64,000 bases of DNA from an uncultured delta proteobacterium (GTDB lineage Bacteria > Myxococcota > Myxococcia > Myxococcales > Anaeromyxobacteraceae), in contig CAWJSR010000045.1 in assembly GCA_963845515.1 (NCBI GenBank), forward strand, positions 128,001 to 192,000, read 5' to 3'. A program made the position numbers and the translations under genes. The notes beneath the pieces were generated by a model. That model was not told where the DNA came from. It did not search any database and saw only the letters and a list, made by a program, of their open reading frames with translations. Shown here one piece after another: positions 1 to 9,794 of this stretch; position 1 is the first letter of the stretch; each line of letters opens with the position of its first letter.

Positions 1-219
1 CAACTCGGTCGAGGTCGGTGGTAGCCGGACGTCGTCCACCAGGTCCGCCTTCATGGCCGCCTTCTCGTCGATGAACAGCGCCAGCGCCTCCCGGATCCGT
101 CGCCGTCCCTCCACCAGGCTCCTCCCCTGCGTCAGGCACCCCGGCACGGCGGGCACCGTCACCACCCACCAACCCGACTCCGCGTCCTTCTCGAACCGCA
201 CCACGTAGCTCTTCTTCAT
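1..219 (-). CDS. hicB: HicB-family antitoxin (runs off window edge)
   Basis: Manual translation MKKSYVVRFEKDAESGWWVVTVPAVPGCLTQGRSLVEGRRRIREAL has the HicB VP..PGC.TQG signature; directly downstream of hicA. Confidence 0.85.
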   Translation of the reverse strand, partial: MKKSYVVRFEKDAESGWWVVTVPAVPGCLTQGRSLVEGRRRIREALALFIDEKAAMKADLVDDVRLPPTSTEL

Positions 220-228
220 CGCGTCCTC

Positions 229-450
229 CTACCTCCCCTCGCTGAGGATCTTCTTCAGCCAGCCCCTGCCGAGGCACGGCTCCAGGCTGGCCTCGATCGC
301 GTGGAGTGTCCCGGTCTTGAGCTCCTCGCCCTTGTGATTCGGGACGGTCGTGTTGCACGCGCCGAGACTGAACCGGATGTGCGAGCCCTTCCCGGGGCGC
401 TCCACCGCGCCAAGTTGCCTGAGGATCCGAATCAGGTCGCGCGACTTCAT
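229..450 (-). CDS. hicA: HicA-family mRNA interferase toxin
   Basis: 73 aa with GKGSH motif and VPNH..EL..GTL..I pattern. Confidence 0.9.
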   Translation of the reverse strand: MKSRDLIRILRQLGAVERPGKGSHIRFSLGACNTTVPNHKGEELKTGTLHAIEASLEPCLGRGWLKKILSEGR

Positions 451-456
451 GATCAG

Positions 457-495
457 AATCTACCCAGACCCGTCGCGCCTGTCAACCAGGTTGAC
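457..495 (-). promoter_or_regulatory. sigma70 promoter of hicAB (TTGACA-17-TAGATT) with overlapping palindrome GTCAAC-cag-GTTGAC
   Basis: Read directly on the minus strand; ATG follows 6 nt after the -10 box. Confidence 0.7.
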
Positions 496-510
496 GGAGG
501 TGTCCGCTAC

Positions 511-532
511 CTCTTCCTCGTGGGGGAGAGGG
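511..532 (-). repeat. REP-like motif CCCTCTCCCCCAC..GG (copy 1)
   Basis: Related copies at 19612, 22800 and 27650. Confidence 0.5.
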
Positions 533-746
533 ATGAGCGGCTCACGCCCGCCGTGGAGGGCGCGAGCCCGCTGGCCGTGAACGCAGTGCGAGCAACTGCA
601 ACACGATTCGAGAGACGTCCGTAGGACCTGAATCCGACGAGGTGCGCGTTGCGGGCATCGAAGGGGCCCCCCTCCCGCGAAGGGCAAGGGCGGGAAGAAG
701 AAGTAGCCGGCCACCGCGCCCCTTCGACCGACGCGGGCTTCAGGGG

Positions 747-1130
747 TCACACGTCGATCTTGAACCCGAGCTGCACGTCGGTGGCAGCCTGGCCGCCGCG
801 GATGCCCCAGTTCTCGAGCGGCGGCTCGCGGAGCACGATCAGCACCCGGTCGCGCGCGACCCCCGCCGCCTCCAGCCCCTCGACGATCAGCCTGTAGAGC
901 CTCCGCTTCGCGTCGAGCGAGCGGCCGGGGAAGACCAGCCCCTCGACGAAGACGGTCTCCAGCCCGTAGCGCGCCTCGAAGTCCTCCGCCGCGTACTCGT
1001 GGAGGAGCTGGTTCCGGTCGGTGGCAGGGAGCTTCAGCGCCTCGACGAAGGCGGCGTGGAGGGCGTCGAGGATGGCTTTCTTCTGCGCCGCCGTCCGGCC
1101 GGCGCGCATGTGGACGTGCACAAGGGGCAT
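747..1130 (-). CDS. Tautomerase family protein (4-OT/MIF-like)
   Basis: N-terminal Met-Pro (MPLVHVHMRAGRT), GRS.DAK and ENWGIRGG motifs. Confidence 0.85.
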   Translation of the reverse strand: MPLVHVHMRAGRTAAQKKAILDALHAAFVEALKLPATDRNQLLHEYAAEDFEARYGLETVFVEGLVFPGRSLDAKRRLYRLIVEGLEAAGVARDRVLIVLREPPLENWGIRGGQAATDVQLGFKIDV

Positions 1131-1342
1131 GCCGCGGAGTGTACCCCGGCGGTCCGGCGCTGCGGCGGCGCCTACCGGGTGGCGCTCGCCTCCTGGGCGC
1201 AATCGTGCGCGGCGCCGTTTTCCCTCCAGCCAGCTCGCTCATGCGCGTCCCGCACGGTGCGCTCTTCGCCGCCTTCGGCTGAGGAGGGCGACCTCTCGCG
1301 ACCTCTCGCGCGCCCGGTCTCTCGGGCGGGGCCCTGCGTCCG

Positions 1343-1370
1343 TTGACATAGTTGACTCACAGAGTACCAT
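1343..1370 (+). promoter_or_regulatory. Putative sigma70 promoter (TTGACA-16-TACCAT)
   Basis: AT-richer patch upstream of the RBS (GGAGGT) of the gene at 1421. Confidence 0.45.
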
Positions 1371-1420
1371 CCCAGGTTCACTATAAGACGAGCGCTCCGC
1401 TCGCTACCTGGAGGTCACTT

Positions 1421-2450
1421 ATGGTCAGAGAAGTGCGCATGATCCTCGCGGCCGCGGCACTCGTGTGCGCCGTCAATCCCGGCGCCGCTGGCGCGGTCCA
1501 GCAAAAGCGAGAGCGGATTGTCGCGCAGGACGGCTCGGGCGACTACGTCACGATTAACGCGGCGCTCGTCTCGATCACCGATGCGAGCCCGGAGAAGCCG
1601 TACCGCGTCACCGTGAAGCCGGGGACCTACGCCGAGCAGGTCACGATGCGGCCTTACGTGGACCTCGTGGGCAGCGGACAGGGCAACACTAAGATCACGT
1701 CGAGTGGCAACGGCGCCCCGACGGTCATAATGGCCACGGGCACGCGGCTCACGGACTTGTTCGTCGAGAAGACGCTCAGCACGGAGGAGATGCCTTCGGC
1801 GATCTTCGTCGGGGAGAGCGACGGCGCCGCGATCGAGCGGGTGCGCGCGGAAGGGAGCTACGGCGCGATCATCTTCAACGAGACATACCGTACTCCCCGT
1901 CCACTCTCCGTGTCGACGATCTCCGATACGCTCGCGGTGGGGCACCAGAACTTCGGAATCCGGATCGGGTCGTACGGGAAGTTCGACGTCATCGTGGACC
2001 GCGTGACCGGGATCTGCGAGGGCGTCGGCATCGGTCGAGACTGCCACGGCATCGCGCTCTACCTCGGCAACGGGGCGGTGACGCTGCGCGCTTCGAACAG
2101 CACGTTCCGCGGATTTCCGGATTCGTGCATTGGGGGAATCAGGGCTCCTCCGCGACGTTCACGAACTGCGCGTTCGAGGCGTCCGGCGGTGGCGCGCAGA
2201 GCGTCGGTATCTTTGCCCACGAGGGGCAGACGGTCGTCTCGAACAGCCGGATCGCCTCCGTTGCGATGGACTCACCCACTGGGCAGTCGTCGCTTCGGAT
2301 CGACGGAAGCGACATCTCTGGAACCACGCTCGTGCTCAGCGCAAGCGGTCCTCAAGATCGGGGTATCGCGGGTCGTCGTACCCGGTCTCCGGGGCCGCGC
2401 GGCTCGTCAACTGCTTCGACGCGGACTACAACGCGATCGCGGATCAGTAG
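1421..2450 (+). CDS. Secreted pectin-lyase-like (right-handed beta-helix) protein, three apparent frameshifts
   Basis: Signal peptide; VAQDGSGDYVTINAAL..V.PGTY.E motif; coding-like sequence switches frame near 2115, 2343 and 2378; paralog of 53380-54555. Confidence 0.7.
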
Positions 2451-2608
2451 GGAGAATCGAGAGCACGTGCTCGGCGCGCGAAGGGGCGCACCGGGCACAC
2501 CGGGCACACCGCGCCGGAAGCGCGCCAGTCGCCACTCGTTCGCGAGGCGACCTCTCGCGCCCGGTCCCAACGCCATTGCCCGCCTGCCGCTCGGTACACC
2601 AGCCTCTT

Positions 2609-2938
2609 CTACTTCCTCCACCGCGAGCTGAAGCTCTCGGCCGGAGCTGCCTTCCACCGCAGGCCTCCCCCGTGATGAGCCGCTTCTGGCTCGGGAAGGA
2701 GCCTGGCGGGAAGCGTCGGGACGCGGATCGGGCGCGTGCTGCGGCAGGCCGGTGAGCGCCATGCTCCGGCCAGGACTAGCGCGAGCGCGAGTCGGCCGAG
2801 TGCTGCCAGAGGCGCACCCCCCGCGTCCCGCGACGTGGATGATGCCCAGGGGAGATCGGCGCGACTCCGCCGATCTGGCTCGCGCTCCCGGTCGCGGCGC
2901 TCGCGCTCGATCCTCTCGATGATCCACGGAGGCAGCAT
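2609..2938 (-). CDS. Small hypothetical protein (MLPPWIIERIERERR...); 3' end uncertain
   Basis: Strong RBS GGGAGG before ATG; charged helical N-terminus. Confidence 0.35.
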   Translation of the reverse strand: MLPPWIIERIERERRDREREPDRRSRADLPWASSTSRDAGGAPLAALGRLALALVLAGAWRSPACRSTRPIRVPTLPARLLPEPEAAHHGGGLRWKAAPAESFSSRWRK

Positions 2939-3202
2939 CTTGACCTCCCACTCGGCGACGGAAACCTTCGCTTCCACTCGAGGCTTCCATAATCGGGACG
3001 ACACCCGTCGCCCCTTGTTCACGCGTCCGGTGAAAGGAGGTCACGAGGGGCAGCCTTGTGACGGAGCGTACGCTTCACCGCCCCGGAGAGGTCGCGATCG
3101 TTCGAGAGGATTGAGACCTGAGGCATCCCCTCATATGGGACCGAAGACTTCGCGGGTCGCAGCGGCAGGACGGTGGAGGGCGCGATCCCGCTCGCAGTCG
3201 CC

Positions 3203-3892
3203 TCAGTGCTTCACGCCGTGGAAGAGCCGGTTCCAGCGCGGGCCGCTCGGGCCCCATGACGCCAGCGCCATCCATGCGCGCCCCTTGATCCTGCCGACCG
3301 GGACCGGGCCGAAGACGCGGCTGTCCGCCGAGTGGTCGCGGTGATCGCCGGCGAGCCAGACGGTGCCCGCCGGGACGACCGCGTAGGAGACGTCCCCGCA
3401 CGGCATCCAGGGCGTGCAGTGCGTCTCGTAGGTGTGGCCGTCGACCTTCTCCTCGAAGGAGACGCAGGGCTCCTCGCGCCACGGGGTGCCGTCGCGCTTG
3501 TCCCAGTAGCGGCACGCGCCGTCGAGGCGGCGGCGCGGCACCGGCTTCCCGTTCAGCACGAGGTGGCCGTCGCGGATCTCCACGGTGTCGCCCGCCACCG
3601 CGACGACTCGCTTGATCAGGTCGTCGGTGGTGGAGTTTCCGGGCGGCGCCAGCAGCACGACGATGTCGCCCCGCTTCGGAGAGGACCAGGTCGCCTGGGC
3701 GGTCGACGTGAAGGGGAGGCGCGCCCCGTACGCCCACTTCTCCACGATGACGTAGTCCCCGATCTGCAGCGTCGGGATCATCGATCCGGAGGGGATGTAG
3801 ACCGCCTCGTACAGGAACGCCCGGAAGGCCAGGACGCCGACGATCGTGTAGGTCCAGCCCCGGACTTCGCGCCAGAACTTCTGCTTGTCCAC
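3203..3892 (-). CDS. lepB: Signal peptidase I
   Basis: IPSGSM.PTL..GD catalytic Ser box, LIKRVV catalytic Lys box, GDHRDHSADSR. Confidence 0.95.
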   Translation of the reverse strand: MDKQKFWREVRGWTYTIVGVLAFRAFLYEAVYIPSGSMIPTLQIGDYVIVEKWAYGARLPFTSTAQATWSSPKRGDIVVLLAPPGNSTTDDLIKRVVAVAGDTVEIRDGHLVLNGKPVPRRRLDGACRYWDKRDGTPWREEPCVSFEEKVDGHTYETHCTPWMPCGDVSYAVVPAGTVWLAGDHRDHSADSRVFGPVPVGRIKGRAWMALASWGPSGPRWNRLFHGVKH

Positions 3893-3994
3893 GTTATGAC
3901 TCCAACCCGTTCCCGAGCCGCGCCGCGCGGGTCGGCGGGGGCGGTCGTGCGGCGGCGGAGACTATCACTCCGTGCACCCCGGGGCGTGCCGGAA

Positions 3995-4837
3995 TCAGCC
4001 CCCGGCTGCGAGCGTGACGAGCCGCTCCGGGTTCTCGCGGATCCTCAGCAGCAGGAGGCCGGAGACCGGCCAGCCGGGGTGCGCGCGCTCCTGGCGACGG
4101 AGGAACCTGTCGAGCGGCTCCTCGATCACGCGGGTCGTGCCGACCGAGGCGGTGGCGTGGCGCACGCGCCGTTCGCCGCGGGCGCCGACGACCACCAACC
4201 CGGCGTGGGTCACGCGCGTCGGGTGGCACGGGGAGTGGGTCCGCACCACCCACGCGATGGTGCCGTCGGGGATCCGGCTGGCGTGGGCCAGGATCCGGTC
4301 CGCGGGGACCATGCGCGCGCTGAACGTCCCGCGGGGCCAGGCCGCACGCGGGAGGTTGGGGATCGTGGCGCGCGCGCCAGAGAGCTGCCTCCAGCCACCT
4401 TCGTCGTAGCGCTCTACCGCATCGACGGTGTCGGGGCCGGCGACGGCGTCCGCTATGTCCTCGATCCAGCCGTGCGCCACGTTGGCGGGGATCCACTGGG
4501 GGATGACGTAGTGGTTCCGCCGCTCGAACGCCGGCGCGCCGTCGTAGCGCACGTCGTCGAGGACCAGCGCCGCCTCGTCCAGATCGCGCGACGCCCCGAG
4601 CGCGATGGCGGTCTCCACGAACGTGACGCAGTCGAACGCGTCGAGCCGGAAGCGCGGGTCGCGGTCGGGCGCGGTCCCCTCCCCCAGCGCCGACAGCACG
4701 TAGCGCCGCCCGAGGAGCGGCGCGGTCGCCGCGACGGCCCGCTCGGCACCCGGCGGCGAGCCGGCCAGGGCGCGCAGGAGTGGGGTGGTGTCGGGGGGTC
4801 GCGCTGTGAGCGCGACGAGGAGCGCGAGCCATGCCAT
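3995..4837 (-). CDS. DUF1460 / NlpC-P60-like peptidoglycan amidase domain protein
   Basis: FDCVTFVE catalytic Cys motif, RNHY, VTHAG, RHA. Confidence 0.8.
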   Translation of the reverse strand: MAWLALLVALTARPPDTTPLLRALAGSPPGAERAVAATAPLLGRRYVLSALGEGTAPDRDPRFRLDAFDCVTFVETAIALGASRDLDEAALVLDDVRYDGAPAFERRNHYVIPQWIPANVAHGWIEDIADAVAGPDTVDAVERYDEGGWRQLSGARATIPNLPRAAWPRGTFSARMVPADRILAHASRIPDGTIAWVVRTHSPCHPTRVTHAGLVVVGARGERRVRHATASVGTTRVIEEPLDRFLRRQERAHPGWPVSGLLLLRIRENPERLVTLAAGG

Positions 4838-4964
4838 CGGGTAGCGAGCCTATGTGCGGGCAGGGGCGGCGGCAAGCCCGGGCGGATCACCTCGACCGTG
4901 AGCCGCCGCAGGGTAATATCCGCCGTGGTCGGGGGAGCTCCGCCGGCCACCCGCGGACCGCGCC

Positions 4965-6473
4965 TTGGCCTCTCGACCTCCAGTGAAGATGGTGAACCTA
5001 GACGGCCTCCTGCCTCCCGCGGGGGACGAGGCCCCCACGCCCGACGAGCTGGTGGACTTCGGCTGGCCCGGGGAGGAGCCCGAGCCGGTCGCCGGCTCGC
5101 CGGAGCCGAGGCCGCTCGCTCCTGGCGAGCCGGTGCCCGTCTTCCGGACCGACCTCGCGATCGGCAAGGGGGCCTCCGGCGGCACCTTCGAGGTGACCGA
5201 CCCCGCCAGCGGGCGTCACTTCACCCTCTACGAGTTCGAGCTGTCGATCGCGCGGATGCTCGACGGCCGGCGCCACGCCTCCGACGTCATCGAGAACGGC
5301 GTGCGGCTGGGCATCCCCGTGGATCTCGACGGGCTGCAGAAGTTCGTCCGCCAGCTCTGGCGGTACGGCTTCATCGCCCCGCCGGGGACCCCCTCGCCGG
5401 TCGACGTGACCGACGAGGAGCATCGGCCGGAGCGAGAGAAGTGGGACGAGGCGACGCGGACGCTCTTCCAGAGCGGGCTGCGGCTCGTCCGGCAGGGGCG
5501 ACCCCAGGACGCCGCGAGCTACTTCCAGGCGGTCCTGAACGCCGATCCGGACAACGCCGAGGCGGCGGAGCGGCTCGCGGAGATCGAGCGGGGCGAGACG
5601 ATCGCAGCGAGCCCCATCGGCCGGCGGGGTGCGGGGAGCGCACCCGCTGGCCGCGGCAGACCGAAGGCGGTCCTCGTCGCCCTCGGCGCGCTCCTGCTCC
5701 TGGGCGCCGCCGCGGCGCTCGCCTTCGTCATCCGACGGCCGGCTGTACCCGCGCCGGCTCCTGTCGTGGCTCCGACCCTCACGAAGCCGCCTCCAGCGCC
5801 GCCCCCGGCGTGGCGGACGGCCGCGGTGCAGCAGCGAGCCCACCCGGTGCTCGGGAGCGTCGCGGCCCCTGCCGACGGGACGGTGGTCTGGAGCGTGCCG
5901 ACCGGGCGTCAGGTGAAGGCGAAGGAGCGGATCGGCACGCTCCGGGTGGAGGTGGCCGTGCGGGGCGCAGCGCCGATCGACCCCGCCGCCGCGGCCCGGA
6001 TCCGGGAGCTGGAGGCGCTCGCGAAGCAGGATCCGGTCTACCGCGACTTCCTCGAGAAGGAGCGTCGCGCAGCGCAGCGCAAGCGCAGCGGGAAGGCGGT
6101 GCGAGCGCTCCCCATCCTCGCGCCGGAGGCGGGGATCCTGGCCCTCGCCGCCGAGAACAAGGCCGGCGTCGTGAGCGGAGCGGAGGTCGCGACGATCGTC
6201 GACGACCGCGCCTGGGTGATCGACGCCTTCGTGGACGGCGAGCCCCCGCAGGCCGACGCCGCGTGCGAGCTGCGCGGCGACGCGGTCCCCGAGCGGATCG
6301 CGTGCCGTCTCGACGGCGCTCGTCCGCAGGAGGGCGGGAGCCAGCTCACGGTGACCGTGCTGGCCGCCGACGCCCCGTGGGTGGATGGCTCGCGGTCGCT
6401 CAGGATCCGCGTCGCGCCGCCCGGCACGCCGCTCGACCCCTCGCTGGAGCCGCAGACGCAGGAGACGCGATGA
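4965..6473 (+). CDS. Membrane-anchored protein: PqqD/RRE-like N-domain, TPR, TM helix, HlyD/membrane-fusion-like C-domain
   Basis: FRTDL..VTDPASGRHF.L.E.E..IARMLDG N-domain; TPR-like helix pair; hydrophobic span; paired APADG.V / APEAG.L lipoyl half-motifs around a helical hairpin; start may be ATG 4989. Confidence 0.6.
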   Translation: MASRPPVKMVNLDGLLPPAGDEAPTPDELVDFGWPGEEPEPVAGSPEPRPLAPGEPVPVFRTDLAIGKGASGGTFEVTDPASGRHFTLYEFELSIARMLDGRRHASDVIENGVRLGIPVDLDGLQKFVRQLWRYGFIAPPGTPSPVDVTDEEHRPEREKWDEATRTLFQSGLRLVRQGRPQDAASYFQAVLNADPDNAEAAERLAEIERGETIAASPIGRRGAGSAPAGRGRPKAVLVALGALLLLGAAAALAFVIRRPAVPAPAPVVAPTLTKPPPAPPPAWRTAAVQQRAHPVLGSVAAPADGTVVWSVPTGRQVKAKERIGTLRVEVAVRGAAPIDPAAAARIRELEALAKQDPVYRDFLEKERRAAQRKRSGKAVRALPILAPEAGILALAAENKAGVVSGAEVATIVDDRAWVIDAFVDGEPPQADAACELRGDAVPERIACRLDGARPQEGGSQLTVTVLAADAPWVDGSRSLRIRVAPPGTPLDPSLEPQTQETR

Positions 6474-8440
6474 TCTCGAAGGTGATGCGGTCGTGCTGTG
6501 CAGGGCTCCTGGTCGCCTGGGCGGTGACGGCTGGGGCGGCAGCTCCCCCGGCGCGGACCGCGAAGGGACGCGCGGGAGGTGCGCGCAGGATCGCCTTCCT
6601 GGGGCTGCGCCCCACCGCGGACGCTGCGCTCGGCCAGACCGCCATCGCGCAGCTCCCGGACGCGCAGCGGCTGCGCTCGGTCGCCGAGAGCGTCGTGGAG
6701 GTCCTCACCGGGGCGCACGTCCTCGGGCACGACGACCTCCGGGCCGCGCTGGGGCGCACGTACCTCGTGGATCTCTTCGACTGCCGTGGCGACGCCGCCT
6801 GCCAGCTCCGGGTCGCGGCGCCGCTCGCCCGCGACAGGGTGCGCACCGCGGTGGTGGGCGACTACCACGCCGACGGCGCCTCGCTGCGGGTCCGCGTCAG
6901 GCGGCTGGACCTGGCGGCGATGCGCGTCACCGAGGAGACCTCGTTCTCCCTGGACCGGGGCGCCGCCGAGAGCCTCGCCCCCTGGCACGAGGCGCTCCGG
7001 CCACTCTTCCAGGACACCGGGAGGCTGCGGATCGTCGCCAACGTCGCCGACGCGAGCTGCGCGCTCGACGGACAGCCGTGCGAGCCGTCGCCCGAGGGGC
7101 TGCTGGAGGTGCAGGAGGGGGAGCACGTCATCGAGCTGACGAAGGAGGGCTACCGGCGCGCCAGCCGCGTCGTGGTCGTGAAGCGCGGTGACGAGAGCCG
7201 CGTCGCCATCGCGCTAGAGGAGCTGCCGGTGCAGCTCCAGAAGGCGCCGGATCCCTCCGCGCGCCTCCCCACGTTCGCCGCCCCCACCGAGGAGACGCAG
7301 GTCCAGCCCTTCGGGTCGATCCGGCTCGCGATGCTCGTGGACGACGTGAACGACGGCGAGAGGGAGGACATCTGGGTGCCGCCGGAGGGCACGACCAGGG
7401 AGCGCTCGGTGGTCTTCTACCCTCGCCCGGCGGTGATCGGGCTGGGGATGCAGGCCCCCCGCGGAGAGAGCGGCTGGGACCTCCGCGGCGGCTTCGGGCT
7501 GGCGCTCGTCCGCGGAGACCTCCCCGAGTTCGACAGCGCCTTCGCCGAGCTCGTGAAGCCGGAGGCCGGGTTTCGGGTGATGCTCGGCTGGGGCGCGCCG
7601 ATCGTCAGCGGGCTGACGGCAGGCACGCTCACGCTGCCGGAGGGCTTCGGCGACCTCGCGCCCGGGATGGTCGGCGTGACCTTCTCCAAGTCGTTCGGGC
7701 CGGTCGTGCTGGAGGCGTTCGTCGGCAAGCACAAGGGGATGTTCAACGCGGACCCGGAGGAGCGCGCCGCCACGCCGCTCCCGTTCGGTGCCGCGAGGAT
7801 CGCCTACGTCGACGAGGCGATCTCGGGGCGGCTCTATGGCGAGGACTACCCGCTCACCGTCTCGCTCTCCGGCATCTACGGAGAGGAGCGGGTCGGGCTG
7901 TCCGCGGAGCGGGAGGCCGTGGCGGGCGTCAACAATCGGGCCGATCCACCGCCCCCGTCACCGCAGTGGGTCGAGCCGATGCTGGAGGACCTCCCTGTCT
8001 GGCTCGCGAGCGCCGAGCTCTTCGTGCCGTTTGGAGAGGTCGCGAGCTTCGCCAGCGAGGCCTGGTACGGCCAGAGCGTTCACCGGTTCGAGGGGGCGCT
8101 CTGGCAGGTCCCGCGCCTGGACCCCGCGACGGGGCGCCACACCGCGCTCAGGTCGGCCGGCGGGTGGGCGCAGCTCTCGCTCAACATGGGGGAGTCTTTC
8201 GAGTTTCGGCTAGTCGCCGGAGTCGACAGGATCGTCGACGGAATGGGCTCCGGCGTGGCCCCAGATGACGCTCCGGGGATCCTCGAAAACCGGCTCGCGG
8301 CGCTGAACGGTGTGTGGTACCTCCTCGGCCACCTCACGCTCGGGATTCAGCTCCACGCCGTTCAGACCGTCTACGACGATCCGGCACTGGGGACGCCGAG
8401 GGTCGTGGGTGCGGCCCTGACGAGCCGCCTGACTTTCTGA
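6470..8440 (+). CDS. Secreted PEGA-domain protein with probable C-terminal outer-membrane beta-barrel
   Basis: Signal peptide; PEGA motif G.LRI...LDG...GEH.IELTKEGY; alternating beta-strand pattern, GGWAQL, terminal Phe; ATGA overlap with upstream gene. Confidence 0.65.
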   Translation: MISKVMRSCCAGLLVAWAVTAGAAAPPARTAKGRAGGARRIAFLGLRPTADAALGQTAIAQLPDAQRLRSVAESVVEVLTGAHVLGHDDLRAALGRTYLVDLFDCRGDAACQLRVAAPLARDRVRTAVVGDYHADGASLRVRVRRLDLAAMRVTEETSFSLDRGAAESLAPWHEALRPLFQDTGRLRIVANVADASCALDGQPCEPSPEGLLEVQEGEHVIELTKEGYRRASRVVVVKRGDESRVAIALEELPVQLQKAPDPSARLPTFAAPTEETQVQPFGSIRLAMLVDDVNDGEREDIWVPPEGTTRERSVVFYPRPAVIGLGMQAPRGESGWDLRGGFGLALVRGDLPEFDSAFAELVKPEAGFRVMLGWGAPIVSGLTAGTLTLPEGFGDLAPGMVGVTFSKSFGPVVLEAFVGKHKGMFNADPEERAATPLPFGAARIAYVDEAISGRLYGEDYPLTVSLSGIYGEERVGLSAEREAVAGVNNRADPPPPSPQWVEPMLEDLPVWLASAELFVPFGEVASFASEAWYGQSVHRFEGALWQVPRLDPATGRHTALRSAGGWAQLSLNMGESFEFRLVAGVDRIVDGMGSGVAPDDAPGILENRLAALNGVWYLLGHLTLGIQLHAVQTVYDDPALGTPRVVGAALTSRLTF

Positions 8441-8477
8441 GAAGGCGGCACCCCGCCGAGGTCAACCGAGGATCCAA

Positions 8478-9794
8478 ATGCACGCTCATCGCATCCCTGC
8501 CCCGCACCGTGCGGGTGAGAAGCTCGCCATCCTCCTCCCTGGAATGGGGGCCGTGGCGACGACCGCCATCGCCGGTGTCGAAGCCGTGAGGCGCGGCCTC
8601 GCGAAGCCGGTGGGCAGCGTCACGCAGCTCGGCCACCTGATCGGGCCCGAGGGTGACGTCGGACCGCTGGTCCGCGAAGCGCTCTCGCTCGCACCGCTCG
8701 GGGACATCGTCTTCGGGGGCTGGGATCCGATCCCGGACAGCGCGTACGCGGCCGCGGTGCGCGCGGGGGTGCTCGAGCGGCGCCACCTGGACCCGATCCG
8801 CGACTCGCTCGAGGCGGTGAAGCCGATGGCGGCCGTGTTCGACAAGGCCTGGGTCCGCCGGCTGGACGGACCGAACGTGAAGCAGGGGTCGCTCCGGCAG
8901 AAGGCGGAGGCGCTCGTCGAGGACATCCGCGGCTTCATGCAGCGGAACGGCTGCGCCCGCGGGGTGATGGTCTGGACCGGCTCCACCGAGGTCTACGCCG
9001 AGGCAGGCCCGGTCCACCAGACGATCGAGTCGTTCGAGGCAGGGCTCGACAGGAGCGATCCCACGATCGCGCCGTCGATGCTCTACGCCTACGCCGCCAT
9101 GAAGGCGGGGATCGCGTACATGAACGGCGCCCCCAACCTCTCCGCGGACATCCCGGCGCTGCGCCAGCTCGCTGATCAGCGCGGCATCCCGACCGGCGGC
9201 AAGGACTTCAAGACGGGCCAGACCCTCATGAAGACCACCATCGCGCCGATGCTGCGCGCGCGGCTCCTCGGGCTCGACGGCTGGTTCTCCACGAACATCC
9301 TGGGCAACCGCGACGGGCAGGTGCTGGACGACGCCGACAGCTTCAAGACCAAGGAGGTCTCGAAGCTCGGCGTGCTCGACCAGATCCTCGACCCGCACCT
9401 CCACCCCGAGCTCTACGCGGAGATGGACCACAAGGTCACGATCCACTACTACCCGCCGCGCGGCGACAACAAGGAAGGCTGGGACGCGATCGATCTCTTC
9501 GGGTGGCTCGGCTATCCGATGCAGATCAAGGTCAACTTCCAGTGCCGCGACTCGATCCTCGCGGCCCCGCTGGTCCTCGATCTCGCCCTCCTCGCCGACC
9601 TCGGCCAGCGGGCGGGGGAGAAGGGGCCGCAGGAGTGGCTCTCCTTCTTCTTCAAGAGCCCGGTGACCGCCGTCGGCAACGACCAGATGCACGATCTCTT
9701 CCAGCAGCAGACGGTGCTCTACTCGCGGCTCCGCGCCTGGGCCGATCGGGCCGGTGCTCCCGCGCAGCTGCGGGCCACGTCCAAGACCGCATGA
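8478..9794 (+). CDS. ino1: myo-inositol-1-phosphate (inositol-3-phosphate) synthase
   Basis: GMGAVAT, NGAPN, GKDFKTGQT, STNILGNRDG, SK, GDNKE, RDSILAAPL..DL motifs. Confidence 0.95.
   Translation: MHAHRIPAPHRAGEKLAILLPGMGAVATTAIAGVEAVRRGLAKPVGSVTQLGHLIGPEGDVGPLVREALSLAPLGDIVFGGWDPIPDSAYAAAVRAGVLERRHLDPIRDSLEAVKPMAAVFDKAWVRRLDGPNVKQGSLRQKAEALVEDIRGFMQRNGCARGVMVWTGSTEVYAEAGPVHQTIESFEAGLDRSDPTIAPSMLYAYAAMKAGIAYMNGAPNLSADIPALRQLADQRGIPTGGKDFKTGQTLMKTTIAPMLRARLLGLDGWFSTNILGNRDGQVLDDADSFKTKEVSKLGVLDQILDPHLHPELYAEMDHKVTIHYYPPRGDNKEGWDAIDLFGWLGYPMQIKVNFQCRDSILAAPLVLDLALLADLGQRAGEKGPQEWLSFFFKSPVTAVGNDQMHDLFQQQTVLYSRLRAWADRAGAPAQLRATSKTA

Noticed and set aside
4965..5400. RiPP biosynthetic cluster suggested by the PqqD/RRE-like domain
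   Set aside because: No precursor peptide, radical SAM, YcaO or peptidase-transporter gene nearby
3332..8440. 1702-aa ORF in the track
   Set aside because: Only 6470-8440 looks protein-like; the upstream part is a GC-rich shadow frame overlapping lepB, the DUF1460 gene and the 4965 gene
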